Source of the DNA: the human T2T-CHM13v2.0 reference genome, Homo sapiens
Assembly (NCBI RefSeq): GCF_009914755.1
Contig: NC_060929.1
Length of the DNA: 64,000 nt
Strand: one strand, 5' to 3'
Part shown: piece after piece, positions 44,039 to 58,653 of the stretch
Layout: every line of letters begins with the position of its first letter
Position numbering within the stretch: the stretch's first letter is position 1
Position numbers and translations under genes: made by a program
The notes under the pieces: model-generated
Database searches by the model: none
What the model was told of the DNA's origin: nothing
Seen by the model: only the letters and a program-made list of their open reading frames with translations

Positions 44039-44753
44039 GGTAATAAATATTCTACTAGTCCAGTATATCAGGCCAAAAATTTTGGATTTTCCTCTTTCAC
44101 ATCTCACATCCAATCTATCTGCAAATCTTAAAGACTCAACCTTGAAACTATAAGCAGAATTTGACAACTACTCATCACTATCTCCTGGTCCAATTCATCA
44201 TTGTCAATAATCTACCAGTAGGATATGGATAGTCTTCATATCTCCATTCTTGTCCAACTAGTCTCATTTCCACTTAGCTGAAAGTTTATCATTTCTTAAA
44301 ATAATTTACTTAATCACTTTATGCTCAAAATCTTATAACATCACCCCATTTCATTTAGAAATTTGCATTATGGCCTACTAGCTGCATCACATTACCTCTC
44401 TTACTTTATATCCCATCATCTAACCCCCTCACATTTGATTCAAGACTTGTTGGCATCTTTACCATTCCTAGAGAGCACATAGGCTCACATTTCAGGATAC
44501 TAGTCCCTTTGTCTAGAATATTTATCCCTAGTTATCTTTATAAATTGCTTCTTTGCCACCTTTATGTTTTTGTTCAAATGTTACATTCTCAAGGAACCTG
44601 CTTTAAAATAGAAATTTTCTGTCCCAGTACTGTAATGCCTTCTCTCTCTCTCTCTCTTTTTTTTTATTTTTTAAAGGTACATTGCATTTATCATCATCTA
44701 GCATGCTATATATTTTACTTACTGTCTGTCATCCCAAGTAGAGCATGAACTAT

Positions 44754-45360
44754 TGTATTAGTTTCCCAGGGGTGTGATAACAAATCACACAAACTTTGTG
44801 GTTTAATATCAAAGAAATTTATTCTCTCACAGTTCTGGAAGCCAGAAGTCTGAAATCAAGGTGTCAGTAGTGCCACACATCCCCTTAAGGCTCTAGAGGA
44901 GAATCCTTTCTTTTTTTCTTTTTTTTCTCTTTTTTGAGATGGAGTCTTTCCCCTCCGCCCAGGAGTGCCCTGGTGCAATCTCGGCTCACTGCAATCTCCG
45001 CCTCCAGGATTCAAGTGATTCTCCTGCCTCAGTCTCCCGAGCAGCTGGGATTATAGGCACCCACCACCACACCTGGCTAATTTTTTGTATCTTTAGTAGA
45101 GACAGAGTTTCACCATGTTGGCCAGGCTGGTCTCGAACTCATGACCTCGTGATCCACTTGCCTTGGCCTCCCAAAGTGCTGGGATTACAAGCATGAGCCA
45201 CCACGCCCGGCCAGAGAGAATCCTTTCTTGTCTCTTCTAGCTCTGGTGGCTCAAGGAGGCATTCCTTGGCCTATGTCTACATAACTACAATCTCTATCTT
45301 CACATGGCCTTTTCCTCTTTTCTCTGTGCCTTCTCTTCCATCTCTTATAAGGATGTGTGT
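44754..45360 (-). mobile_element. MLT1C/D-like LTR split by an Alu
   Basis: 'tgtattagtttcc...tttattctctcacagttctggaagccagaagtctgaaatcaaggtgtc'. Confidence 0.8.
44912..45212 (-). mobile_element. AluS
   Basis: Antisense Alu; TSD gagaatcctttctt. Confidence 0.93.
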
Positions 45361-46243
45361 CAGGTTAGGAGTCTGAGCAATAAGCAATAGTGGAAAACTA
45401 TAATTGAGGGAAGGACAGGAGGAAGTACAAGCCATAGACTTGGTACTCTACTTAAGTAAATCCTTGGGGACTGCACAAGCAAGATCAACTCTCCACATGG
45501 AAATTTCATGGATACCAAGGTATACATAGACTACACTACAGCACGGAATATTGTCCAAAGTACACTCTATGATGAACTCATACTTGGGTTTAAGATTATG
45601 TTTGAAGCAGACATGTTATTATTTTTATAACACTGAAGAAAGAGTTAATTGTAAAATTTAACCAAGAGTTGAACAGAACTCATATCACCAAATGAGCTAA
45701 TATTGGTAATATACTTTGAATAGTGCCCATCACATAGGAAGTGCTATATAAGTGGTTGTTAAATAAAATAAATAATATGCTGAAAGGAAATCAAAATAGC
45801 TCTGAAATGAATACACACACATATGTATTGCTCAATTCAAACTGTATGTTTATCAAATTATTTAAATACGTCTTTCATTCTAAGTTTTAAATAGTTTATT
45901 GTTGACATTACCACTATGATTTACTTTACCTGTTAATTGGAAATATATTCAGAGTCATCAAAACCTTATCCTTTTTAAAATAAGCAGAAAAGCTTAAGTT
46001 GATACTTACAAACTCTCATAATGTTTAAGCACCTTCGTTGATTTGTGATAGAGTAGCTAGTTGATATTTTATGAATGCTTATTATTGTTTTTGTTAATTT
46101 ACTAAATGGACATGCAGATATCTCTTTGTATAAGTGTTTAGTGGATATCTGTATTGAGCCTGTTTTGTCCTGCTCTGAACCCACTAGGCTGACCACACAC
46201 ACAGGGCTTTTTCTTTTTACGGTCAGTGAAAGAAACTCTATGG

Positions 46244-46297
<54 letters not shown>

Positions 46298-46346
46298 ATC
46301 TATCTATCTATCTACCTATCTATCATCTATCTTATCTATCTATCTA

Positions 46347-46392
<46 letters not shown>

Positions 46393-46393
46393 G
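46244..46393. repeat. Compound (TCTA)n tetranucleotide STR
   Basis: Direct reading. Confidence 0.97.
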
Positions 46394-49300
46394 CAAAATA
46401 TTAGCCTGAGCTTTCTAAACTGTAGACAAAATGTTTCTTGGAACCAAATTTTGATAAGTTTGTATATTTTTACACACTATCTTGGCATATTCTACAACGT
46501 AAGCATTAAATACAGCATTAAATAAGATTCTAAGATTTCCTGTATCTGTTCATTTTGCCATATGCATATCAAATTATTCCAGAGAAATAAATATTTCTAC
46601 TAAGTCTGAAAACTGAATCACAGTTCGTTATTTTTTGAACTATTATTTTATATTTACTCTAATATTCACAGATGCTGACAAGAAATATTAAATGTAGTCT
46701 CTTCTCAATTCAAAAAACTTATTTTAAATAATAAAAAACTATGGTTATCCAACTAATTATTACAAGTTAGTATTTACAAAACCCTCATAACTAGATCAAT
46801 TTGTGTGTGATATACCAAGAATTTAATCTGTAAGCCTACAGGAAGAGTGATAATTTATTCCTTCTTTGTTGGCCATTCTATTGCAAAGAAATATAACTTT
46901 CTTAATTTGCTCCCACAATACATGGTACCTGATCATTTACATGAAAGAATATTTTTATAGACATTTAAGACCAGTGTATTCTAAAGAAAAGGTCATTTTT
47001 CCACTTGAATTACAAAGTAACTCAGCTCTACTAATGAAACCTATGACTATCAACAGTATCCAATTAATTTACAGTTGAAAATAGAATAATTTTTCTCCAC
47101 ATTTTCAACTAATGAAACCTGATTCCTCTCTTAACTCGGCATGTAACTCTCCTTACCCATCACCTTCATGTATGAGCTAGGCTAATGTTGTCCCCTCTGC
47201 CCTGTGTAGGAAGGATCTGTGCTTAAGTAATACACTGCTTTTGCTACTGGGTTTTAGGTTTCTGACCTATTCCTCTATTTCATTCTTTATTTCTCACTCT
47301 CCCTTCCCCAGTTTCTTTTACATATATACACTATATACATGCATTATATTTTCTTATGCCTTTATTCATCTAAATTTACAGAAAATATCTTAAAAGGTCT
47401 GCTTCTAATTATTTCTCCATAATCTTTGGAATGAAGGCTTTCAGTAATTACATAATTATAGCATAATCATTACATAATCATAAGAAGTTGAAGAAGGCTT
47501 TTTAGAATGGGTTCAGGAATCTTCTTCTGAAGATGTTATTCTTTTTTTCAAAAACAGTCAAAGACTAATGAATAATGAGAAATTTTTTCCCCTAAGTGTG
47601 TATTATCAATACCTCTACTGTCTTTTGCCAGCCTGCTAGTTTGTAAAGGGGGGAAATAAACCAAAGTTAAGTTAAGTTAATGGTGAGAAACTGTTTTTGT
47701 TCTGATGCATTTAGGGAACTGGATCTGGATTAGAAAGGATCTGGATCCTGGTTCCGTAAGGTATCCTCTAAGTGGAGCTTTGATCAGGAAACCAGATACA
47801 GCTTTACCATATTTCAAGCAGGAAGAGACTTAAAAGGGGGATTAGAGACATTAAACTGTCAGAAGGCTGAGGGAATTAAGGTCAGGGAAGCCAACATCGG
47901 ATTATTGCTAAATATATTTGTCAGATAAGTCAAAACAATACTGTTTAGAAAATAACAAATTATAAACCAGCGGGGAAATACCCCAATGATTTTAGCTCTC
48001 TGGAGTCCTGAAGTGGTGATTTGTAGAAGGATACAGAGAAGCCCTAGCAAATCCCTTTCACGTTTAGCTGCCAAAGTTCCTGAGCTTTCCCGGCTTTTGG
48101 AACAATAATAGTTCTGCTTCTCTTCCTCTGTCCAAATCTTTCCCATGAAAATTAAACCAGAATCTTTCTAATACGTGAGTCTGGAAAATGTAATTTCTAG
48201 TCTTCCAGCTGCTTTAAGTACAGGATCAAGCTTAGAAGGGCAGGAATATGGCTGATTAGCAGCATACAGTACATGTTAAATTTGCTTAAGTCATGTTGAT
48301 GGCTACTGAAGTTTAAAAGATTGTTAGTAAATTATAAAAATTAATCTATAGAAGCCAATCTACAATGTGTTTAATTTATCCAACTAGTCCAAGAAAGAGA
48401 ACTAACTCTTATCCATGGCAGTACTTTCCTAGTATATTAAGATGATATTAGGATGATATTAGATTTGTTAGAAATGTTGTAAGATGACTATAAAATTTCA
48501 TTATATTCAATATTTATGAAGACAATTGAATGTTTATTTCAAATAATTCAAAAGTCCAAGTGACTTTTATTCAATATCAGTGAAAAAAATCTGCAATGTT
48601 CTTAAAGGAATATTTTTTTCGGAACATATTTTGTTGTTGCTTGTTTGTGTGTTTTGCCCACTTTTCAGGAATAGATTTCATTGTCAACTTAAAAACTCTA
48701 AAGAACATTCACATGAAGGTTAATAATGTATAAATGACTACATTGTGAGAAAAGTGAATTATGACAATCATTCAATTGAGGTTGTTGTTAGAATTTCAAA
48801 GTGAATAAGACAAGCATGTAACTCACAGTTCCAACAGACTTAAACTTAATAAAGAGGTTTACAGTATAGTAAAAGAACCAGTGAACAAATATTAGGACCT
48901 TTAATCTTGACTTGCAAAAGGCCTTATTAAGAATAGTGTACAGAGAAAGGGCTTGTGGGAGCCAAATGTTAAATATCACTTCTGCAAATTAAAGATTAAT
49001 CATGCATGCCTTACTTAGGTAGCATTTATTGCACTAATGTTGCAACCTAATAAAACTTTCAGAGCTGCTAAAAGTGCTTCATTTACAACAAAGAAGTATC
49101 TCCTTAGGAAATTAAATAATATGGTCCAGTTATCTTCTCAAAGCTAGTATAAATTAAACAAGAAATTGTTAAACAAGACTGGAAATTATTAAGCAGGAAA
49201 ATTCTGATCATTGGCAGCTCAGGGAGCTATTAATGGTGTCACACAAGAAATGCCTTCTTATTCATAATTTCATTAGTAGTAAAACCATTTTAGCTTGGAA

Positions 49301-50142
49301 TCCAATTAGGCAGCATAGATAGCTAACAAAAGAAGTGTAATATAACTCTCCTCACAGCCACAACCTAGGCATTTTTTGTGACATTAGGCACACATGTGGG
49401 CAGACTAGAAAGGCCCAAATCTAGTTTCTTTTAAAGAAAGCAGCAGGCAGTTTATAGAAATACTGGTGGGAGCAAGCCTCCCTGGGACTCAATTCATAAT
49501 GACTTGGTATAAACGAGCACATCTCTGAGTCCATTAGCAAAATGTATACGAATCTGCAAGTAATGATCCCCATACAAGTGAATCAATCCCAGAAGAAATG
49601 GAATAAGATGTACTGATGATCAGCAAAAATTGGACAATATGATGAGAAGGAACTGGCAAATAACAGATTTTTCTTGGCCAACATCTTTAAAAATTCTCAT
49701 TAGCATCTTAACGAAGAGAAAAAGTTTATATCAGAGTATGCTGTATTGTGCTTTGTAGTTTGGTGTATATATTCATGCTTAAATTTATGTCTAGAAAAAT
49801 AATATCATTACAAAATGTTGGCTCAGTTATCTTCATTTAACAAAGGCCAGGGGTTATATATCTGAACAGTTATGGAGACCCCTGGTCAAAGCAGATTCTA
49901 CTTCATTGCTACTGTTTCATGTTTCTGATGACCAAAAGAGATGAAACACAGATTACTGTAACAAAAAATGCTTATTTTAGTTCAGGCATGCTGTAGTTTT
50001 GTAACTCAGCTTGTTTGATATATTTTCCATCAGAGTTAGAGATAAATTTTTATTTCAAAAAATATTATTAGAGTAGAACTGCATCTTTCAAGGTTAAAAA
50101 AAGTTTTGTTTTATTACAGCGGAGAGTCTGGGATTTTCTTAC

Positions 50143-50210
50143 TTGTTAAATTGCCTTCACACAAGGGAATCAATATATTTGAAAGCATATCATTTTTCAC
50201 GGATTGATGC
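50143..50210 (-). other. Candidate 68-nt exon
   Basis: Minus strand: ctattttgcag|GCATCAATCC...TTTAACAA|gtaaga. Confidence 0.25.
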
Positions 50211-50784
50211 CTGCAAAATAGCAGTCTTCTGAGTAATCTTATTTTCAAATCCTCATTTGATAAATAAGAATAAATTGTTAGAATGAAATCTAAATTGTTT
50301 TATGTCATTTCTCAGAGTGAAGCAATTTATGTATGATAATATATGGACTGTTTGAAAATACTCTTTAAAAATGAAACAAAGTATATTACTTTGGAATCGT
50401 CTAAATATTCCGAATATTTTTATAGTATGTAACAGTAATTTTGATTCTAACATAAACAACATAAGTAGATATTACTTTTATAATTTTATATATACACATA
50501 CATATAAGCACATTATATTCTATATTATAGTTGTTTAAAGAGCACTTTGTTATCTAGGACAAGGAGAAGATGTGAAAAAGAGACATTTTACAATTAATTT
50601 TTGCAACTTAAAAATGATGAGCTTCATATTCATTTGGGAACATGAGGTAGTATGAATATTCAACTTTCATGAAAAACTATTTCAAGAGTATTTACTCACA
50701 GACAAGATGGGGAATCATTCAGCGGGGGGATCCCTAGTGTGGGACAAGTTTACCATGGTCCAAAGTTAATTCCATAGAATACTT

Positions 50785-50832
<48 letters not shown>

Positions 50833-50920
50833 CCTACCTATCATCTATCTATCATCTATCTATCTATCATCTATCATCTATGTATGTATGTAGGTATGTA
50901 TGTATGTATGTATGCATGTA
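50785..50920. repeat. Compound (TCTA)n(TGTA)n STR
   Basis: Direct reading. Confidence 0.97.
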
Positions 50921-53358
50921 TATACGTATATATCTGTCTCTCTGTATCTACCGCATATATTGTGTGTGTATACATATATGTAATAAAGGTAAATAACATC
51001 TACTTGTATATAAAAAGAAAAGATAAAGGGCAGAATGTCTCAGATCATTTAATAGACAAATCTACATTGTGAATCTCAGAGAATGAAATATTGTAGGCAT
51101 AATTTCCCAGATTTATTTGACTTTCCACCTCAGAGACCCCTTTCCTTGCTTTTCTCATCACAGCATCTCATGAAACTAGTGTTTATTGAACCTGTAAGTA
51201 CTGAATTAGACCTTAATCAATTATGCTCCTGACAGAGATGACTACTTTCCTTCGCAGTGCTTAGCAAATTATTCCCATTTTCTATTGATGAAGACCACAA
51301 ATTCCATTTGGTTTAGTGGCATTGAGAAAGTACAGCTTCAATTTGCATGATGGATTTTCAACTATAGCAAGATTTTAAAAATGGAGATGCTGACAGATAA
51401 TATGTTATTTTCTTGATGTCTTTTGAATACATTTGGGTGGCCTAGCAACCTCCCCATCCTCCTCCTCCATTTAAGTGTAAATTGTGTAATTAATCCTTTA
51501 GAAATTCGCAAGGCCAAATGCCAGGAGGCTAAGCCAGGTAGGTGAAACGACTGTACCTCCTAATTTTATTAACCACTTTAGTGCAGCTGCCATGAGAACA
51601 CAACCTTGAGAAAAGGGACTAGGAGACATGGAAAAATAAATATTTTTTTCTGAAACCCCTTAGATGCAAACTAATTATCTGAATCTGGCGAGTACTTTAA
51701 GCATTTGAGAAAAAAATGAGAAATAAGGAATAGAATTAAAATTTTAAAATAATTTACAGAAGTATAAAGGCAAAAGAGAGATGAAAATGTTGATTCAGAT
51801 ATTGTCATTGTCAAGTTTTATAAGACTTTAAATCTTGCAAAACAGATCCCTCCTGGCAATGGTGCACCTTAGGAGATAAATCTTGTAGCACTTCATATGG
51901 TGATAAACATTGCTAAATATCTTTCAATAATATTACAAGATTTTGTTTCTTAATGGATTAAATGAAGCCCTTTTTAAGAAGCAAAACCCACAAGAAAGAA
52001 AAAAAGAGGAAAATAGTCCTTTGTTTTAAATCTACTCTGTGCTTTCAAGGGAAAAATATTCTGCAAAACAGAATATATTTTTTCAGAAGTAGTGGTTTGA
52101 TCTTTTCTGCCCATTTTTAATAGGCCAGCTCATTTCAACCTCAGAAAAAATTTCAACCTCAAAAAATGTTCAATCTTTGATTCTAGCAAGCTGTTGTCAT
52201 CTCAAGGTAAGAATAAGAGGAGTAGTCAGGCACATTATTTTTTTAAATTCTGCTTTTCCAGTGAGGTATAGAAAATAATGGCAGAGGAAGAATTCAGGAT
52301 TCTGGTTCCCCAATCCTGGCTATTATTATTTTGCTCTTTATCTTTTTACCTTGTGTTTGACTGAATTGAAGAAATCATCCTTAAATACAATGTAAATGAA
52401 CATTAATATTATCTAGAACACTCTGAATATTGTTCTATGGACAGCAAACTGATTAGAAGTCATTGTCCCTAAAATGCTACTGGTGAAACTAAAGGATGTT
52501 AATGCCCGCACCCAAGTCAGCATTTAATTTAGAAAGTCTTTCTTCTCTGTGGCAGTGTGTGTTAGAACATTCACTCTGATTTTTTCCAAAGACTTCATCT
52601 TATTTTTGAAATGGAATGGCACATCAAATAAGAGTAAAAATATATAAATCCTCATGAAAGCTAAAAAGCTGGATATATATGAATGTTATATTAACAGTAT
52701 ATTTGGAAGTCACAAATACAAAAATGAAACTATAGTCAAATAGGAAAAGAATCTGCTGGTAAATGGCTTAAAATGAGTCTATGTTTTGCACTTTGAACAT
52801 TTTATAGACGAATCTTTGTCAGAATGTTTCTTCTTACTGATATCTAAAACCAATTTTAAGTGGAAAGTGTTCACTGCTTCTGTTTTTTTCCCTCTGAATT
52901 CCTCAAAATAGCATACAACCCTCTCCTTATTCCCCCAGCTCTTTTGGGATATTCTGCTATAGGTAGGCCTTACATTGACAGGTGCTATCATCACTTTGCC
53001 TAGATGTTGTAACTTTATCTGATTTTAATGGCTTCTGCCTAATGGGTCTCAACTTTCTTTAAAAAGAATGTGGAGAAATGTGTCTATGAATACAGCAGTC
53101 ACATTGTGGACTAAGGATTTCACAGGTAATGCATGAATATGTTGTGTGCCCACTGTGCTCCCAAGACTTTGGGAATATCATATAATTAAGCCTGTGCTAT
53201 ACTGTAGTGGTCTACAGACATTCCTGATTAATAGTAAAAAAACTTTTGAAGACTGTACCCCCAGTATATTTATGCATCTTTTATAAATTATATACTTTTA
53301 ACATATATTACATAAATTTTTTTAATAAGCAAGAAAATATATTTAAAAAAGAAGACAA

Positions 53359-53675
<317 letters not shown>

Positions 53676-53937
53676 ATATAAATTAAATAATACGAAAAAT
53701 ATTCTTTTAATCATTAATCAGAAATGCATAGTGACAATAGTATGACTATAGTTGTTTTATATTTTCAAAATTTTGATTTAATTCTTTGTGGTAAGGTTAT
53801 TGGAAGTCCTATTCTAAGTTCTGTTTACTTCTGTACTTTATTTCCACAGCTAACATAAATGAAAAAGTTACTTCTAAAAATACAAAGGTCTGAAAGTCTA
53901 TACATTATTGATAGGGTTTATTAAAGCAGTACATATA

Positions 53938-53997
53938 TTTTTCTTTTTTTAACTTTTAAGTTTAGAGGTACATGCAGGTTTGTTATAAAGGTAAACA
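53938..53997 (-). mobile_element. Short L1P 3' tip
   Basis: 'ttttaagtttagaggtacatgcaggtttgtta'. Confidence 0.65.
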
Positions 53998-56049
53998 CGG
54001 GATACTTTTTTTAATTATAAAAAACTTACAACTAATTTTTAGAAATTTGACTATAAGTTTTTAACTTTCCTGCTTTCAAACTGTTTTTCTTCTAAGTTTA
54101 TTGGAATGCTAATGAATTTTTATATTTTTAAAGAATGCTTTCAAAACCCACTAAAACTCTCTATTTAAAAAGTTTAAAAATTCTATTTTCAGATTCTTTA
54201 AGAAATAGAAATGACTCACTTTCATTATTCAAACTAAAAATGATTTTAAAATATTTTAGGATAGTCTCTATAGCAAAAGGTTTTTTTTGCTCATTCTCGT
54301 TAAAAAAATTACCTTTGAAAGGCAAGATTCAGTTTCTTATTATAATTCATCTTGTAAAGTGAAAGAAACTAGAACAAAAAAGCTACATATTGTATAATTC
54401 CAGCTATGTGACATTCAGGAAAAGGCAAACTATAGGAGAGAACACAGATCAGTGACTGCAAGGGGTAGGGATGTAGAGAAAGGATTAACTACAAACGGAC
54501 CACACATGAAAAATGTTAAGATGATGGAATTGTTTGGTATGATTCTTTAGTTGCGGCTACATAACCCTGTCTTTGGCAAAACCACAGTGGGTGAAACTAA
54601 CTATGCAAATTAAATAATCAACTGGAATGTCAAAAATCCCAGGAAAGAGGGCCAGCTGTAACAAACATGTGACACAACCTCACTGAAAAGGTGGGGAAAA
54701 GAGAGCTGACCTAAGTAACTTTGGAAACATTATGTATGGCTTTTTATAATGCTAAAGACAAAAAAGAACTATATGTAAATGCTATACTCTACTTTCTAAT
54801 TCATTTCTCACTGGAGTTGGCTTTAGCAATTCTGAAACTATTTTACATATGTACTGAGATTGAACCAGCAAGTAAATAAATGTAGATAATGGTAAGCCAA
54901 GTTTCTCACTGCCAGAGAAAGTAAGTTATAAATAAACAGGGAGGGATTAGAATGAACCCCATACTGCTGGACTGGAGTAAAAGATAACAGTATGAACTCA
55001 TATTTAGTTAATAGATGTATCAGATAACAGATAGAGAAATATAGATATGTACATATGTAGGGTAGTACATAAATATATACCTTAGCCCTATCCACTGAGG
55101 CAGCCTAGAAGCAGTGGAACCTCAGTAACAATGAGCATACCTAACTAGTAATCTTATTTTTAAAAGACCACTCTCTCCAATGATAGGAAGCAGTGCTTCT
55201 TGGAGAAATAGCTGATTCTAGGGTTGGGGCAGGAAAAATACAAGATGAGACCAGGGGTGCCTCTAAGTGAAGTAGGAGCCAATCTGAAAAAGTTGCCAAT
55301 GGCCAAAGCTGGAATAATTTGACCAGTGAAATAAATACTGATAATATTGGATTATAACTCAAAGAGTAAAATAAACATCCATTGATAAATATTGACCTAA
55401 ATTAATGGCTGAATAAATACATAAATTAAGAAGAAAACATGTTTTTCTTCAATAGAACTCTAAATAATGAATGGAGGAGGAATGAGAAAAATAGAAAAAC
55501 ACAGAATATCACAGTAATAAATGCTGCTCTATTGCAAGATCTATAGGTGAATTTTAAAATTAATAGATGAATCTTTAAGGAGAATGAGAATATTTGCATG
55601 ACCATAAAGTATCTCACCCAAAATACTAATTAATTAGCATGATGATTTTATACATATCCACAAATTCTCTAATACTCTTCCCTCCAGGAGGTGAAGCTTA
55701 ATTTCTCTCCCTTAAGTGTGTGCTGGAACCAGTGATTCACTTCTAATGAATATCATTAAGAAAACAGAAAAACAGTAACTTTGTAATAGAGAAATCTGGC
55801 AGTCACCACCAGGTTAACCAAATAATCAAGGTTAACATTTCTGGTAATAAATAATGTTGATATAAGTTACCATCTGATATAATTTGAAGAAAAGGATACT
55901 TTGCCAAAATCTGTAACCCTAGTTTAATCATGAGAAAATATTGGACAAACTCCAGTTGAGAGACATTCTGTAAATATCTAGTTGGAACTCTTCCAAAGTG
56001 TCAAGGTCATAAAGAACAAAGAAGGGCTAAAATAGGTGTTTAAAAATTA

Positions 56050-56380
56050 TGCTGAGCATGGTAGCTCATGCCTATAATCTCAGCACTTTGGGAGGCTGAG
56101 GCAAGAGGAATGCTTGAGCCCTGGAGTTTGAGATCAGCTTGGGCAACATATTGAGACCCTGACTCTACAAAAAACAAAAAACAAAACAAAACAAAACAAA
56201 CAACAACAACAAAAAAAAATACAAAACTTAGCCAGAGGTGGTGGCATTTGCCTGTAGTCCCAGCTACTCAGGACGCTGAGGTGGGAGGATCATGTGAGCC
56301 CTAGAGGTTGAGGCTGCAGTGAGCTGTGACAGCACCACTGTACTCCATCCTGGGTGTCATAAACAAACAAACAAAACAAA
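56050..56380 (+). mobile_element. AluJ
   Basis: 'gaggtgggaggatcatgtgagcc...gaggctgcagtgagc'; expanded middle A-rich linker. Confidence 0.9.
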
Positions 56381-56384
56381 ATTA

Positions 56385-57291
56385 CTAATGATCAGGTAAA
56401 TGCAAATCATGTTCATAGTGAACTATCACCTCACCCCAATTAGAATGGTAATTTAAAAAAACACACAAAAAATAATAAATGCTGAAGTGGAACATTTATA
56501 CACTGTTGGTGAACATGCAAATTAGTGCCGCCATTATGTTATACAGTATAGAGGTTCCTCAAAAAATTAAGAATTACCATATGATCCAGCAATCCTACTA
56601 CTAGTATTTATCCAAAGAAGATGAAATCAGTGTGTTGAAGAGATGCCTGCACTACCATGTTTATTGCAGCACTATACACAATAGCCACAATAGACTTAAG
56701 TGTCTATCAATGAATTAATGAAGAAAATGCGGTAAATTTGGAATGGAAAAGTATTTCACTATAAAAAAGAATATAATTCTGTTATATGCAGCAACATAGG
56801 TGAACCTGGAGGATAGTATGTTAGGTGCAATAAATCAGGCACAGAAAGACAAATACTGCATGATCTCACTCATTTGCAGAAGTTTAAAAAGCTGATTTCA
56901 TATTTTATACACAAATGCATACATATTTATGTATGCATAATTATGTACAGAGTAGAATTCCTAGAGGATAGGGAGGGTAGAGGTGAGAGGATGGGAATAG
57001 ATTGGTCAATGGGTACAAAATGACAGGTAGATAAGAGGGATAAGCTCTTGTGTTCTATTGCACAGTAGGATGGCTATAGATAACAATATTGCATTGTGTA
57101 TTTCAACATAGCTAGAAGAGGAGATTTGGAATGTCCTCACCAGAAAAAATGATAAATATTTGAGGTGATGGATAAGCTAATTACCTTGATTTGATCATTA
57201 CACAATGTATACACATATCAAAACATCACAATGTACCCCCTCAATATGTACAATCATTATGTGTCAGTTAAAAAACATAAAACTTAAAAAT
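56385..57291 (+). mobile_element. L1MA 3' end
   Basis: 'ccatatgatccagcaatcc', 'attggtcaatgggtacaaa', 'ccttgatttgatcattacaca'. Confidence 0.88.
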
Positions 57292-58029
57292 AGCTGAGAA
57301 ATTGTCACAGATTAGAAGATTAGAGGAGACTAAAGAGACATAATGACTAATTGCAATGTGCTACCCTGGATTAGATACAACAACAGAAAAAGGTCAGTCC
57401 TGGCAAAAACTTGTGAAATCCCAATGAAGTCTGTAGTTTAGTTAATACTGTTGTGGCAATGTTAATTTCTTACTTTTGATAAATGTACCGTAATTGTGTA
57501 AGATATCAACATTAGGGAAGCTGAAATCTTCTGTAAGTCTAAAACTACTTTTAAAATAAAAAGTTTTTAAAATTATATCACTTCATCATCTTGTAATAAT
57601 CATCATTAAATAATTTAATACATATAAAGATCTTAGGACAGTATACACACTATTCAATAAATATCAGTTGTTATTTTTATTTTTTATTCGATACTCATAT
57701 TTGTAAGTAGGAAAGCTAAAAATTGCTTTCATTGAATAGGTCAAGAATTTTACTAATTTTTTATGATATTAAATTGAGATATTTTGTTAAGTGCTGAAAG
57801 GTGTAAAGAGAAAAATAAAAATAACTTTAATGACAAAATCCAACCATATCCACTGTTAACTTTGTGTTCTATTTTCTGCCAATATTTTCCGATATAAATA
57901 TGTATGCATTTGTGCGTAAAATATGATCAGGATAATTTTTTACCAAGCCCTGCTATAAAGGTGTCTTCCTCTGAAGGGGATAGCAATATTAATTAACAAA
58001 TATGCACCATGAATTTTGAAAATATTTTA

Positions 58030-58220
58030 TTTATGTAATTTTATATAATCGTTACAATAGTGTCATGATGAAAGTACTCTTATTATGAATTTCACTTTAC
58101 AGAAGAAGAAAGTAAAGAACACAGAGGTTAAGGGAAGGTATCCTCATTACTAATAAGTGGTGGTGCCACGGCTTCTGCAGAAGAGACGACTGGTTCTAGA
58201 TTCCATGTTGTTAGCTGCTG
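58030..58220 (-). mobile_element. MIR fragment
   Basis: 'cactttacagaagaagaaagtaaag...cagaggttaag'. Confidence 0.55.
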
Positions 58221-58631
58221 GGCTGTATTGCTTTAATACATTTGCTTTTACAAGATATCCCAGGCACCCCACATTTGAAAACTTTAAGTCATTGTTTAAA
58301 TTTTGTGGAACCCCAGATCACGTGAAGTGGTGCTACAAATTCCCATGAGTACTGGCTGGTATTTTACAATGTCTAGGTCTGTCCTGTTCAGCTCAATGCC
58401 AAGGAAAGGTTTCCTGCATGAACCTGGGAAGAGCGATGAACTTAGTTCTGCTCTGTCTTACCTCTCCTGCGGGTGTAATCCTTGAAGCCACCACAGCTTA
58501 GTGTGTGAGGGGTTCTTAGCTGATGCTCCATCTTCGGCAGGCTCTGGACTTGGATGGTGGCTGACCTCTATGCTCCCACTCCTAAGGCTAAATAATTGTA
58601 AAATGTTGAAGCAATGAATGAAAATACTTAC

Positions 58632-58653
58632 CATAGACTATTTGAGTCTTTTC
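58632..58653 (-). other. Candidate 22-nt microexon
   Basis: Minus strand: tctctgtttctccaag|GAAAAGACTCAAATAGTCTATG|gtaagt. Confidence 0.3.

Larger units (their letters stand above)
42650..44750 (+). mobile_element. L2, long degraded segment with nested THE1 and (CA)n
   Basis: 'ccttcttcacttggtttccaggacatcactctc' and 'taggcacctcaaatttaacatg'. Confidence 0.8.
54360..57570 (+). mobile_element. L1MC-type long 3' UTR with nested AluJ and L1MA
   Basis: 'gacattcaggaaaaggcaaactata', 'tggagaaatagctgattctagg', 'aatgttaatttcttacttttgataaatgtacc'. Confidence 0.8.

Noticed and set aside
45566-45639. ATGATGA...CTGA arrangement like a C/D box snoRNA
   Set aside because: Only a 3-bp terminal stem, no clear C'/D' boxes or recognisable rRNA guide; expected by chance in 64 kb
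46075-46404. ORF with YLSI repeats
   Set aside because: Translation of the (TCTA)n STR
47859-48146. 95-aa ORF MGKIWTEEEKQ...
   Set aside because: No homology recognised and no convincing splice or promoter context
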